Part shown: positions 41,258-50,687 of the stretch, piece by piece
How the letters are laid out: every line of letters starts with the position of its first letter
Position numbering within the stretch: the stretch's first letter is position 1
NCBI GenBank assembly: GCA_964291655.2
Contig: OZ219802.1
Coordinates: 1,664,001-1,728,000, forward strand
DNA: 64,000 nucleotides
Reading direction: 5' to 3'
From: Chloroflexota bacterium
GTDB taxonomy: Bacteria; Chloroflexota; UBA11872; VXOZ01
The notes under the pieces: generated by a model
What the model was told of the DNA's origin: nothing
Databases searched by the model: none
Seen by the model: the letters and a program-made list of their open reading frames with translations, nothing else
Position numbers and translations under genes: made by a program

Positions 41258-41863
41258 GGACAAAGCCCAAATTCAGCCTAAAAATTGGCAAGAATCAGGG
41301 AAAAACCTGCATATGACCTACAACAATGATGTGTCAATGCTATAAATGGCTGCTAAAGACGCTCCTTGTTCCATTGACAAGACCATTTTGCATAGAATTG
41401 TCGGATGAAAAAGCTTGACAGCATTTTTGAAGTGGGATCAGCAAGAAAGAGTGTATTCCTCCGATTCTTCGGATTCCTGCGACACAGCATGGGGTTTCAG
41501 TGACGAATCCTCAGGCTTTGGAGATGCTTCCTCCTGTCCTGGGCCGCTCCCAGTCTGGAGGAGTCTAGGCGCTTGCACCCCAAAGTAACGGCTCCCGGCG
41601 CTGCGGCGCCCTGGCACGCACTGGAACTAATGGAAAACCGCGTTAGTGAAATTGCACGCCGGTTGGAGGTGAAGTCGACGCGGGCTAGGGACCAATTCAG
41701 TGTGGTAGCTGCCGCGGCAGCTCCTCAAAGCCGCTTGCTCGGAGGCGCGCGGCGTCCCTGTATATGACGGTGACGTAGCTGCGGCGCAGTGTCCCAAGGC
41801 TTCGGTTTGGAGGACTTCTCCACAAGCAAGCGGCCGGACACAGCCGTGTGCGGGCGCAACAGC

Positions 41864-42340
41864 CTAAAAGGCGGGGCGGGTCGCCGGCATTTCGAGAACG
41901 TTCTGCGCGCGTTCGAGAAAGTCATCGTCCGTGGTGGTAATGACCCGCGTAGAGACGTTGCCGCGCGGGTTGAACTCCATCATGAGCAGCGCGCCCCGCG
42001 GCTTCAGCCCTGCCAGCAATTCGTCGAACAGTTCGTTGGTGATGCGCTCGTGGGAGAAGTACTTGTCGCGGAAGCTATTAAAGTAAAGCTTCAACGTCTT
42101 TAGGTCCACAATGCGCGCGTCGGGCACGTACACCATGGTGGCGACGGCGAAGTCCGGGTACCCGGAAACGGGGTCTTTGAACGTCAACTCCGGCAGGCGA
42201 ATCTGCACGTAGTAGTCACGCTTGGGTTCAGGATTTGGGAAGTAGCGAATCTCTACGGATTCAATCTCTTCTTCGCCATAGCGCGCCTGGCGTCTTCTCC
42301 GCTTCCCGCTCGGCCTCTTGTCTGATTCCGGATTGCTCAT
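41864..42340 (-). CDS. QueF (type I preQ0 reductase)-like T-fold protein lacking the catalytic cysteine
   Basis: PELTFKDPVSGYPDF, DLKTLKLY, SHE and FNPRGN align to QueF EFTxxCP.TG.PDF, ELKSLKLY, HE and RG. Confidence 0.85.
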   Translation of the reverse strand: MSNPESDKRPSGKRRRRQARYGEEEIESVEIRYFPNPEPKRDYYVQIRLPELTFKDPVSGYPDFAVATMVYVPDARIVDLKTLKLYFNSFRDKYFSHERITNELFDELLAGLKPRGALLMMEFNPRGNVSTRVITTTDDDFLERAQNVLEMPATRPAF

Positions 42341-42716
42341 CCTGTGGGTCCTAAATGCGGTCAAATGAAGGCGTGTATGATTGGAAAGTAGCATGCGTGC
42401 GCATGCTGCAAAACCTATGAATATGACCGTACTATGTTGCTTTGCGAAACGTCAACTCACTACCGGCGCGCAGGCGCTAGGCCAGTGATCCTCCGCCAGC
42501 GCCGAGGGACAACCTGCACAACCCGTACCGGCAGGCGAGAAGATTTCCCTCTCCCCGGGGGAAGACCAACGTATATAATCGCGCCTGCAAGCGGGATTGC
42601 CGCCTCTCCCTCGGAAGACCCACATGAACCCCACGTGAGCAGGCGGCAACTCTCCCTCTCCCCGGGGAGAACTTCGCATAACCCACACCGGCGAGGGAAA
42701 GTCCCCTCTCCCGGTG

Positions 42717-42853
42717 GAGACCTTTGCGTAACTCCGTCATTCCGGCGAAAGCCGGAATCCAGAGTGCTTTTACAACGAAAGAAAGCATGATGTCAAGTCG
42801 TTTCACCCCCATCCCAACCATCCCCCAAAGGCGAAGGGCTATGAAACGGTCTC
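42717..42853. mobile_element. MITE (GAGACCTTTGC ends) carrying a GTCATTCC REP
   Basis: gagacctttgcgtaa...tatgaaacggtctc inserted in the loop of a ccctctccc/gggagag hairpin; flanks cggtg/cggcg. Confidence 0.6.
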
Positions 42854-43062
42854 CGGCGGGAGAGAGTTAGAGCCTGCCCCGTACTCGGTACGGGGTATCG
42901 AGTACGGGGGTGAGGGGAGTCCCCTCTCCCGGCGGGAGAGGGTTAGGGTGAGGGGGAGATTCCCGCATTCTGGGAGTTGCTTTTACCGTTATTGCATTCT
43001 TGCGTATCGGTCTTGTTGGTGAAGAGGATGGGTTATGCAGAAATCCCCTCACCCCGGCCCTC

Positions 43063-44349
43063 TGTATAGACCAGAGAGATACTTAACGGGTGTGCGCAGA
43101 CATACTTTACACAGTATGGCACTCTTTCTGAGTAAAGAAGGAGGTGCCTCATGCCTTGGAAGGAGAGTACTGCTGTGGATGCTAAGCGCGAATTCGTCGC
43201 TTTGGCGCGAGCGCCGGGGGCGAACATACGCGCGTTGTGTCGACGCTTTGCGATCTCGCCGCCCACTGGCTATGCCTTGCTGCATCGTTACGCCGAAGAG
43301 GGGGAAGAGGCCTTCACGTCCCGCTCGCGTCGGCCGCACCACTCGCCGCGGCGCACGCCATCTGCGGTGGAGGCGGTCGTGGTAGAACTGCGCAAGCGCC
43401 ACCCGGCGTGGGGCGGTCGCAAGCTCCACCACGCACTGCTGAACGCCGGTCACACGGTGGTTCCCAGCCCCAGCGCCATCACCAACATCCTCCATCGGCA
43501 CGATCTCATCGACCCGGTGGAGCGAACGCACCGGGACTGGCAGCGCTTTGAACACCCGTATCCCAACGACCTGTGGCAGATGGACTACAAGGGTCACTTC
43601 GCCGTGGACGCCGGGCGCTGCCACCCGCTCACCGTCTTGGACGACCACTCCCGCTTCGCCGTGGGTCTGTGGGCCTGTGGGGACGAGCGGGCAGACACGG
43701 TGCGGGCATGTCTGACGAGTGCCTTTCGCCGCTACGGACTGCCGGCGCGTATGCTGATGGACAACGGGTCGCCGTGGGGCAGCAATGCCGCGCACCCGTA
43801 CACCAGGCTTACCGTCTGGCTGCTGCGGCTGGGCGTGTCGGTGAGCCATGGTCGCCCCTACCATCCGCAGACCCAGGGCAAAGAGGAGCGGTTCCACCGC
43901 ACCTTGCAGGCTGAGGCGCTGCAAGGCAGGCGGTTCGCCGACCTCGCGACCTGCCAAGCGGCCCTGGACCGCTGGCGGGACGTCTACAACCTGGAACGAC
44001 CGCACCAGGCCCTCCACATGGCAACGCCCCTGAGCCGCTACGCGCCGAGCCGCCGCTCCTTCCCCGAGGAACTCCCCCCGATCACGTATGGCGACGGCGA
44101 CGAGACGCGCAAGGTGATGGCGGAAGGTTGGGTCAACTTTCAGGGACGAGAGTTCCGCGTCGGCAAGGCGTTTGTGGGTTGCCACATCGGCCTGAGACCA
44201 ACCACCAGTGACGGCGTGTGGAGTGTGTGGTTCATGACCCACCACATAGCAGAGCTGAACCTGCGCGGACCTCTGCCCCGTGTAGAAATACCAACTCATG
44301 TGTAAAGTATGTCCTCGTACACCTGTAAACTATGTGTCAGGTCTATACA
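43063..44349 (+). mobile_element. IS481-family insertion sequence, complete
   Basis: TGT...ACA ends, ~50-bp imperfect IRs (tgtatagacc...catactttacac) and a 5-bp target duplication ccctc. Confidence 0.95.
43151..44305 (+). CDS. IS481 family DDE transposase
   Basis: MPWKE, WQMDYKG, DDHSR, DNGSPW, HPQTQGKEERFH and YNLERPHQAL. Confidence 0.96.
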   Translation: MPWKESTAVDAKREFVALARAPGANIRALCRRFAISPPTGYALLHRYAEEGEEAFTSRSRRPHHSPRRTPSAVEAVVVELRKRHPAWGGRKLHHALLNAGHTVVPSPSAITNILHRHDLIDPVERTHRDWQRFEHPYPNDLWQMDYKGHFAVDAGRCHPLTVLDDHSRFAVGLWACGDERADTVRACLTSAFRRYGLPARMLMDNGSPWGSNAAHPYTRLTVWLLRLGVSVSHGRPYHPQTQGKEERFHRTLQAEALQGRRFADLATCQAALDRWRDVYNLERPHQALHMATPLSRYAPSRRSFPEELPPITYGDGDETRKVMAEGWVNFQGREFRVGKAFVGCHIGLRPTTSDGVWSVWFMTHHIAELNLRGPLPRVEIPTHV

Positions 44350-44361
44350 CCCTCTCCCCAA

Positions 44362-46005
44362 GAGGGTGTCTCAAAAATAGATCTACTGGATATATACTGG
44401 TGTGAAGAGAAGCAAGGTGAGGTGGTGGGATAGTTTGTAGAGAGGTAGTGACGATGCCGTTGAGACCGTTTAGTCGTGAACAGGCCTGGCTGTTGCCGCC
44501 GACGCTGGACGAACTGATCCCGGACGACCATCCTGTCAGGTTTGCGGCAGCGTTCGTGGACAGCCTCGATGCTGCGGCCTGGGAGGCGATGGAGATTGAC
44601 CTGCAAGGCGATCCGCGTGGCGCCGGGGCCTACCATCCGCGCGCGCTGCTGGGCGTATGGGTCTACGGCTTCATGACCGGCGTGCGCTCGAGCCGCAAGC
44701 TGGAGGCAGCCTGCCGGGATCAGGTACCGTACCTGTGGCTGGTGGGGATGCAGCAGCCGGACCACAACACGCTGTGGCGCTTCTACAAGGCGCACCGCGA
44801 CCGGATGCGGACGCTGCTCAAGCGCACGGTGCGCACGGCGGTGCGAGCCGGCCTGGTGGAGTTGGCAATCCAGGCGGTGGACGGCACCAGGATCGCGGCC
44901 AACGCCGGGACGCGGCATACCCACGACGCGCAGGGGCTGCAGCGGCTGTTGTCCCGCACCGAGCAAGCGATCGCGGACCTGGAGGCGCAGAACGCCACGG
45001 GGGGCGACGCGCCGCCAGCGACTTTGCCGCAGGAACTTGCCGATGCCCAGGCCCTGCGGCGGCGGGTGGACGACGCGCTCGCCCGCGTCGCGGCTGAGGA
45101 CGGGCCGCGCTACACGAACCTGACTGATGCGGACGCGGCCCTGCTCAAGACTGGCATGGGTGGCTTCATCACCGGCTACAACGCCCAGGCGCTGGTCTCC
45201 CCTCTTGCGTCCCCGGACGAGGGCGCAGGGGGGAGGTTGATCACAGCCGTGGACGTGAGCGCCAGTGCCGACGACCATCCCCACCTGGCGCCGCTGATCG
45301 AGGCGGCGCAGGAGAACATCGACGCCGCGCGGGACGTGGTGACCGTTGCGGACGCCGGCTACCATTCGGGGGCCAACCTCGCCACGTGCCACGCCGGCGG
45401 CCACACGGTATTGATGCCCACGACCCACGAGCGCAGACGCCGCAACCCCTACCATAAAGACCACTTCACCTACCGTCCAGAGACCGACACCTACCTGTGT
45501 CCCCAGCAAAAGGTGCTCACCTACACGCACCGCTTGACCCACAGCAACGGCTACCGGGTCAAGCGGTACCAAGCCAACGGCCGGGACTGCAGAACCTGTC
45601 CGGCCTTCGGCGTCTGCACCTCCTCCCAGAGGGGCCGCTCCATAAAGATCAGCGCCTACGAGCCAATACTGCAACGGCACAGGCAGTTGATGGCCACCGC
45701 GCCTGCCAAGCAGGTGTACCGCCGCCGGAGTACCATCGTCGAGCCGGTCTTTGGCCTGCTCAAGGAGTGGCACAGTGCCAGGCGCTTCCTGCTCAGAGGC
45801 CGCAGCCACGTGACGTCCGAATGGCACCTGCTGGCCACCGCGTTCAATCTCAAGAGCCTCCACGCCCTGTGGCGGTCTGGGTGTAGTCCAGCGTCGCCCC
45901 GGGGACGAGTCTCTCACTGGCACCGTCTTGTTCATACCACCCGCCATCTGTCTGTCCTTCTCACCCCATTCACCGTGCCCCGCACCAAAATATTGAGACA
46001 GCCTC
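44362..46005 (+). mobile_element. IS1182-family insertion sequence, complete
   Basis: IRs gagggtgtctcaa / ttgagacagcctc; 4-bp target duplication ccaa at 44358-44361 and 46006-46009. Confidence 0.93.
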
Positions 46006-46076
46006 CCAAGGAGAGGGGGCAGTTCTTGCGCCTCCGGCCGGGGTTACGCAAAGTTCTCCGGGGAAGATCCACATGA
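44448..46076 (+). CDS. IS1182 family transposase
   Basis: Q..LLPPTLDELIPDDH, SSRKLE, PDHNT, VDGTRI.ANA, ADAGY and VEPVFG; the ORF runs past the right IR. Confidence 0.95.
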   Translation: MTMPLRPFSREQAWLLPPTLDELIPDDHPVRFAAAFVDSLDAAAWEAMEIDLQGDPRGAGAYHPRALLGVWVYGFMTGVRSSRKLEAACRDQVPYLWLVGMQQPDHNTLWRFYKAHRDRMRTLLKRTVRTAVRAGLVELAIQAVDGTRIAANAGTRHTHDAQGLQRLLSRTEQAIADLEAQNATGGDAPPATLPQELADAQALRRRVDDALARVAAEDGPRYTNLTDADAALLKTGMGGFITGYNAQALVSPLASPDEGAGGRLITAVDVSASADDHPHLAPLIEAAQENIDAARDVVTVADAGYHSGANLATCHAGGHTVLMPTTHERRRRNPYHKDHFTYRPETDTYLCPQQKVLTYTHRLTHSNGYRVKRYQANGRDCRTCPAFGVCTSSQRGRSIKISAYEPILQRHRQLMATAPAKQVYRRRSTIVEPVFGLLKEWHSARRFLLRGRSHVTSEWHLLATAFNLKSLHALWRSGCSPASPRGRVSHWHRLVHTTRHLSVLLTPFTVPRTKILRQPPKERGQFLRLRPGLRKVLRGRST

Positions 46077-46165
46077 ACCCCGCGTGAGCGAGCGGCAATT
46101 CCACCTCTCCCTAGGAAGACCAACGTAATACCCGCCGGCAAGGGGGATTACTCCCTCTCCCCAGG

Positions 46166-46400
46166 GAGACCTTTGCATAACCCCACTTTCAAGCAGGGGC
46201 ACTCCCTCTCCTGGGATGTATAGACCGGGTTGAGGGGGTCTTTTTGCTACGATGGCCCTTTACGCTGGGCGTGTCAAGACATATCAGGGCAGATTCGGTG
46301 TGCATATGGAGAGATTTCAGGAGATCCACCCTCACCCTAGCCCTCTCCCGTCGAGGGAGAGGGGACATCTGCGCTGTGGCGAGGGTTATGTAAAGGTCTC
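46166..46400. mobile_element. 235-bp MITE, sister copy of 34268-34501
   Basis: gagacctttgcataa...ttatgtaaaggtctc with a nearly identical interior. Confidence 0.8.
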
Positions 46401-46701
46401 CCCGGGGGAGAGGGTCGGGGTGAGGGGGAAGCAGTGCCGGCCAAGTTCAACATCAGTTGTCTCGCACAGTTTCACAAGACCTTTTAAGGGGTGTCTTCGT
46501 TTATTTCAGTAGCGCGAGACGTGCTCCCGGCATCTGCGTACGGCCGGTTGCAGGCGCTGCATTGACGCAGGAGCCAAGCATGCACGCAAGCGCTTGCACT
46601 GCCAAGGAGATTCTCCACGTAAGTAGGCATGGAACGGCGCGTTAGACGATAATAGAGAAGCTCTGCATTCAGATACTGCTAACGAGAAAGGTGAGAGACT
46701 G

Positions 46702-47685
46702 GTGGCAAAGGTATTCATCGGCGCACGTTCCATCCTTGATCTTCCCGGGCCGCACTGGGACACGCTGCGCAATGCCGGCGTGGAGCTAGCTCCACCGCTC
46801 GACGTGTTTCGCCCGCTTACCGAACAGGAGCTCATCGACAACCTTGACGGCGTCGTGGCTTTCGTTGCCGGCTCGGACCACTTTACCGAGCGCGTCTTTG
46901 CCGCCCATCCGCAGCTCAAGATCGTGGCCCGCGTCGGCGTAGGCTACGACCAGATCGACGTGGACGCCGCCACCAGACATGGTGTCTGGATCACCATCAC
47001 CCCCGGAGCCAACAACGATACAGTTGCCGACTATGCCTTTGCTATGATCTTGGCGGTGGCGCGGCAGCTTGTGGAGCATGCGGCTATTGCCCGTGACGGC
47101 GGGTTTCACCGCGTACAGGGCGTGGACGTGTGCAATAAGACCCTGGGCATTCTGGGTCTCGGCCGCATCGGCAAGTCGGTGGCCCGGCGCGCCAGCGGCT
47201 TTAACATGCGAGTGCTGGCGTACGACGTAATGTGGGATGAAGCCACGGCGGCGGAACTCGGCGTGGAGTTTGCGGAACCCGAAGCGCTCTTTGCGGAAGC
47301 GGACTTCATCTCGGTCCACCTGCCGAGCACGCCGGACACCGTCAAATTCATCAACGCCGACCGGCTGGCGCGCATGAAACCCAGCGCCTACATTGTTAAT
47401 ACCGCCCGCGGCAGCCTGGTGGACGAGGAAGCGCTGGTGGCCGCCATTGACGCGGGTCAACTGGCCGGCGCCGCCTCAGACGTCTTCTCCGTCGAACCTC
47501 CACCCGCAGACCACCCCTTCTTAACCCACCCCAAAATCCTGCCCTTCCCCCACGTGGCCGGCGTCACCCAAGAATCCGTCCACGCCATGGTGGTCATGGC
47601 CTTCGAGTGCCTCATTGACGTCATCCAAGGCAGACGCCCGCCGTATCCGGTAGACGAACAGGCGGAGTACGAAACTCTACCCTAG
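46702..47685 (+). CDS. D-isomer-specific 2-hydroxyacid / phosphoglycerate dehydrogenase family protein
   Basis: RVGVGYD, GLGRIG, NTARG, DVFSVEP and PHVAG. Confidence 0.93.
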   Translation: MAKVFIGARSILDLPGPHWDTLRNAGVELAPPLDVFRPLTEQELIDNLDGVVAFVAGSDHFTERVFAAHPQLKIVARVGVGYDQIDVDAATRHGVWITITPGANNDTVADYAFAMILAVARQLVEHAAIARDGGFHRVQGVDVCNKTLGILGLGRIGKSVARRASGFNMRVLAYDVMWDEATAAELGVEFAEPEALFAEADFISVHLPSTPDTVKFINADRLARMKPSAYIVNTARGSLVDEEALVAAIDAGQLAGAASDVFSVEPPPADHPFLTHPKILPFPHVAGVTQESVHAMVVMAFECLIDVIQGRRPPYPVDEQAEYETLP

Positions 47686-47839
47686 GTACCACTGACGTTT
47701 GTCTGAAAGGCAACGGCATAGACGCTCGACAGGCATCGAGTGTGGCACCGAAACGTCGAATAGCGGTGGCTCCGCAATTTGGCACCGATAGCGCTCACTT
47801 CGCGATCTGTCGTCGTGTGAATGGAGCGGTGGCCCGCTC

Positions 47840-48375
47840 CGTCATTCCGGCGCAAGCCGATTGTTCCGTCATTCCGGCGAAAGCCGGAATCCAGGGGATC
47901 GCTAATGAAACCAGGCTATGTCTATCTCCTAGCAAGTAAGCGCAACGGCACCCTCTACGCGGGCGTAACTTCCGATCTCGTACAACGGGTGTGGCAGCAC
48001 AAGAGTGACCAGGTTGAAGGATTCACCAAGCGCTACGGTGTGCACACATTGGTTTGGTACGAAATGCATGAAACTATGGAGAGTGCGATTAGGCGGGAGA
48101 AGGCCATCAAAGAGTGGAAGCCGACCTGGAAACTCGAGCTGATTGAAAAGGAAAATCCCACATGGCGGGATCTGTACGAGGAAATTGTCTGAAATGCGAC
48201 CTTGGAACAGATTCATACGTGGATGGGCGAATCCTGGAGGTCGAGTTCCCTCCCCCGGCTCCTGGACTCCGGCTTGCGCCGGAGTGACGGCGCGGGATGT
48301 CACGTTCGACGGTGGCAGACTCAATTTATGCACGCCGTACCATCCCCCTGGACTCCGGCTTTCGCCGGAGTGACG
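47840..48375. mobile_element. GIY-YIG gene bracketed by inverted CGTC/GTCATTCC-type REPs
   Basis: cgtcattccggcg..gccggaatccag at 47840 (partial) and 47867-47894; inverted ctggactccggc..cgccggagtgacg at 48262-48289 and 48348-48375. Confidence 0.7.
47905..48192 (+). CDS. Small stand-alone GIY-YIG nuclease family protein
   Basis: YVYLLASKRNGTLYAGVTSDLVQRVWQH...FTKRYGV..LVWYE...AIRREKAIK...NPTWRDL. Confidence 0.93.
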   Translation: MKPGYVYLLASKRNGTLYAGVTSDLVQRVWQHKSDQVEGFTKRYGVHTLVWYEMHETMESAIRREKAIKEWKPTWKLELIEKENPTWRDLYEEIV

Positions 48376-48578
48376 GAACAGGATATCCCTCTCCTAGCGG
48401 TGAAGTTGGTGGATTGAGTGGCCTACGTAGCACGGGAAGTTACCAACATTCTCGTTAGGTTCGACGGTCCGTTCGTGGTGTCTCTTGAGGGATTTCATTG
48501 ACTGTGGTTGACTACCTGTTCTCTCCACGGTCTGTCCGATGATGTACGAGGCTGTTCCGGTTGATTTGTGCGAATACC

Positions 48579-48899
48579 CTAACGGGGTGAGGTTGGTGGG
48601 CACCCGCACTTCGGGACGATAGACTCCTGCTCCCGGTTTCCCGCCAGTGTCATGCGATAGTCGGCCTCGAGCGCGTTCCAGAATTGGGGGCTGATGCCAA
48701 GCACTTCCCCCAGACCGATCGCAGTATCCGGCGTGATGGCCTTCTTGCCTTTGATGATTTCGTCTACCGCCTCTGCCGGTTTGCCGAGCCTTGCCGCAAG
48801 CTCTTTCTGGGTCATGCCGCGAGCATCAAGTTCCTCCTCTAGAACTTCGCCCGGCGGGATCGGCAGATCAGAGAAGACACGCGCAGAATCAGACTTCAT
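48579..48899 (-). CDS. HigA family antitoxin (HTH)
   Basis: PPGEVLEEEL..GMTQKELAARLG..IIKGKKAITPDTA..FWNALE. Confidence 0.9.
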   Translation of the reverse strand: MKSDSARVFSDLPIPPGEVLEEELDARGMTQKELAARLGKPAEAVDEIIKGKKAITPDTAIGLGEVLGISPQFWNALEADYRMTLAGNREQESIVPKCGCPPTSPR

Positions 48900-48930
48900 A
48901 GTGGTTTCTCACGTACTCGATCATCACCTA
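48890..48930 (-). pseudogene. Possible C-terminal remnant of a HigB toxin
   Basis: Minus strand reads VMIEYVRNHYE, overlapping the higA start and resembling HigB C-termini; an in-frame stop lies immediately upstream. Confidence 0.35.
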
Positions 48931-49017
48931 TTCTTCACAAAATCCAACAGGTCTGGGACGAAACCGTCCCAGACCTGTTGTTTCTCAGACCAATTATAGT
49001 CTGTGAGCGATCCAGTC

Positions 49018-50403
49018 TTACTGTACGACGGAGTTGGCTTCCCACTCGTCCATCAGTTGCTGGGTCTTTTGCTCGGCCTCTTTGATGGCCTCGGGAATGG
49101 TCTTCAGGTGCTGCCAGGCATCCCGGCTGAGCTGGATGTGCGCGCCGAGAATGTCGGGGCCGCCGGCTGCGGTGACCACCCAGTGCGCGCCCGGCATCTC
49201 GTCGATGGCGTGTGCGCGGTCGGGGTCACCCTGGATGAACTCTTCGCTCCGGCCAACGGACTTGCGCACCGGAATGCGGTCCCAGCGATCGGCCCAGCGG
49301 CGGTCCTGCGGCTCCATGAAGAGGAACTCGAGGAACTTGAATGCGCCCTCAGCGGACTTCGCGCCGGTAGGAATGACGTTGGACCAGCCACCGCCGTAGG
49401 TCGCGGGCTCGCCGTCGTCCGGATACGGCTCAAATACTACGCTGTAGTTAATCTTGGCGTATTCCTCAGCGAACGCCGTATTCTTGGGCGTGCTGTAGGT
49501 ATCAAAGAACATGCCGACGCCACCGCCGGTAAACACGAGTGCTGGCGAGATATCGCCGCGGAAGGCCTGCACGGCGTCCCAGCCGCCCTGCGCGTCGTAG
49601 AAGCGGGTGCTGTGCTCCAGCGCCGCAACCATCTCCGCATTGTCCATGGTGGCCTTGCTCTCGTCAGCGCTGGTGAGATCCATGCCTTGCTGCCAATAGG
49701 GAATCATCCAACCGGCAATGATACCGGCGCTGCCCCAGTTTGGCACAAAGCCCAGGCGGGTAATGTTCTCACCTTCTAGCGTGTGGATCCTGCTCGACGC
49801 GTTGTGAAAGTCCTCCCAGTTCCCGATCGGTTCTTCCGGATCGAGGCCGACCTCAATCAGAATGTCGTGGTTCAGGAAGAGCGTGCGGGTGTCCGGGCCC
49901 CACGGCCAACCAAAGTGGCGGCCTTTATACGTCACGTCATTGAGGATTCGCTCCCAAATGTCGTCCGGCTGCATCACGCTGGAGGCCTTCACGAACGGCG
50001 TGATGTCCATAGTCGCGCCTACTGCGGCGTGCGACTTCGTGATGTAGCGGTCGAGGAACGAGATATCAGGGGCGCTGCCCGCCGCGACCACGGTGGGAAG
50101 CTTGCTCTTGGTATCGCCGTACGCGGTACCGACGGCAAATACCTCGACCTCATCCTGTGACGCGTTGAACTCAGCGACCATCTCGGCGCCAATGTCCTCA
50201 TGGAAAGGCTGCGTCGTGTGGGACCAATAGAGCACCTTCTGCTTGTCCATCATGGTGTCTTTGGCTTCCATCTCTTCGGACTCTGCCGGCGTGTCGCCAG
50301 CCGGAGCCATGCCTGCGCCTGCGCCGCAGGCGGCCGCAATTGCGGCAGTGATCCCGACGCCCATGCCGCCGAGGATGGTTCGTCTCGAAAAACGAGATTT
50401 CAT
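49018..50403 (-). CDS. Extracellular solute-binding protein (carbohydrate ABC family 1), Tat lipoprotein
   Basis: FSRRTIL, AAAC, AAGSAPD and GAFKFLEFL; no permease adjacent. Confidence 0.92.
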   Translation of the reverse strand: MKSRFSRRTILGGMGVGITAAIAAACGAGAGMAPAGDTPAESEEMEAKDTMMDKQKVLYWSHTTQPFHEDIGAEMVAEFNASQDEVEVFAVGTAYGDTKSKLPTVVAAGSAPDISFLDRYITKSHAAVGATMDITPFVKASSVMQPDDIWERILNDVTYKGRHFGWPWGPDTRTLFLNHDILIEVGLDPEEPIGNWEDFHNASSRIHTLEGENITRLGFVPNWGSAGIIAGWMIPYWQQGMDLTSADESKATMDNAEMVAALEHSTRFYDAQGGWDAVQAFRGDISPALVFTGGGVGMFFDTYSTPKNTAFAEEYAKINYSVVFEPYPDDGEPATYGGGWSNVIPTGAKSAEGAFKFLEFLFMEPQDRRWADRWDRIPVRKSVGRSEEFIQGDPDRAHAIDEMPGAHWVVTAAGGPDILGAHIQLSRDAWQHLKTIPEAIKEAEQKTQQLMDEWEANSVVQ

Positions 50404-50687
50404 TCTTGCTGTCTCCTTACCAATACCTATACACTTCGTGCAACGTACTCAAATGCGCATTGAGCGCAGTGTGGCTTGGGTAGGCCCGAATCCCCGTGTT
50501 TCGCACCTCCTCTATGTGCGGCAGGTGTACAACACTCTTTGAAATGCAGTCGCCGCAACACGGTCAGGCTTCCATGCTACCAATAAAATTAGGCTAGTGT
50601 GCTGGCTTTGTCAACAGTAATCGTGAGCGAGAGACCACTTTCGTTTGAAGAGCGGCTGAACTCCCACGGGCAAACGGTAGACTGTCC

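Noticed and set aside
42341-42430. preQ1 riboswitch upstream of the QueF-like gene
   Set aside because: No preQ1 consensus stem or A-rich tail was recognised.
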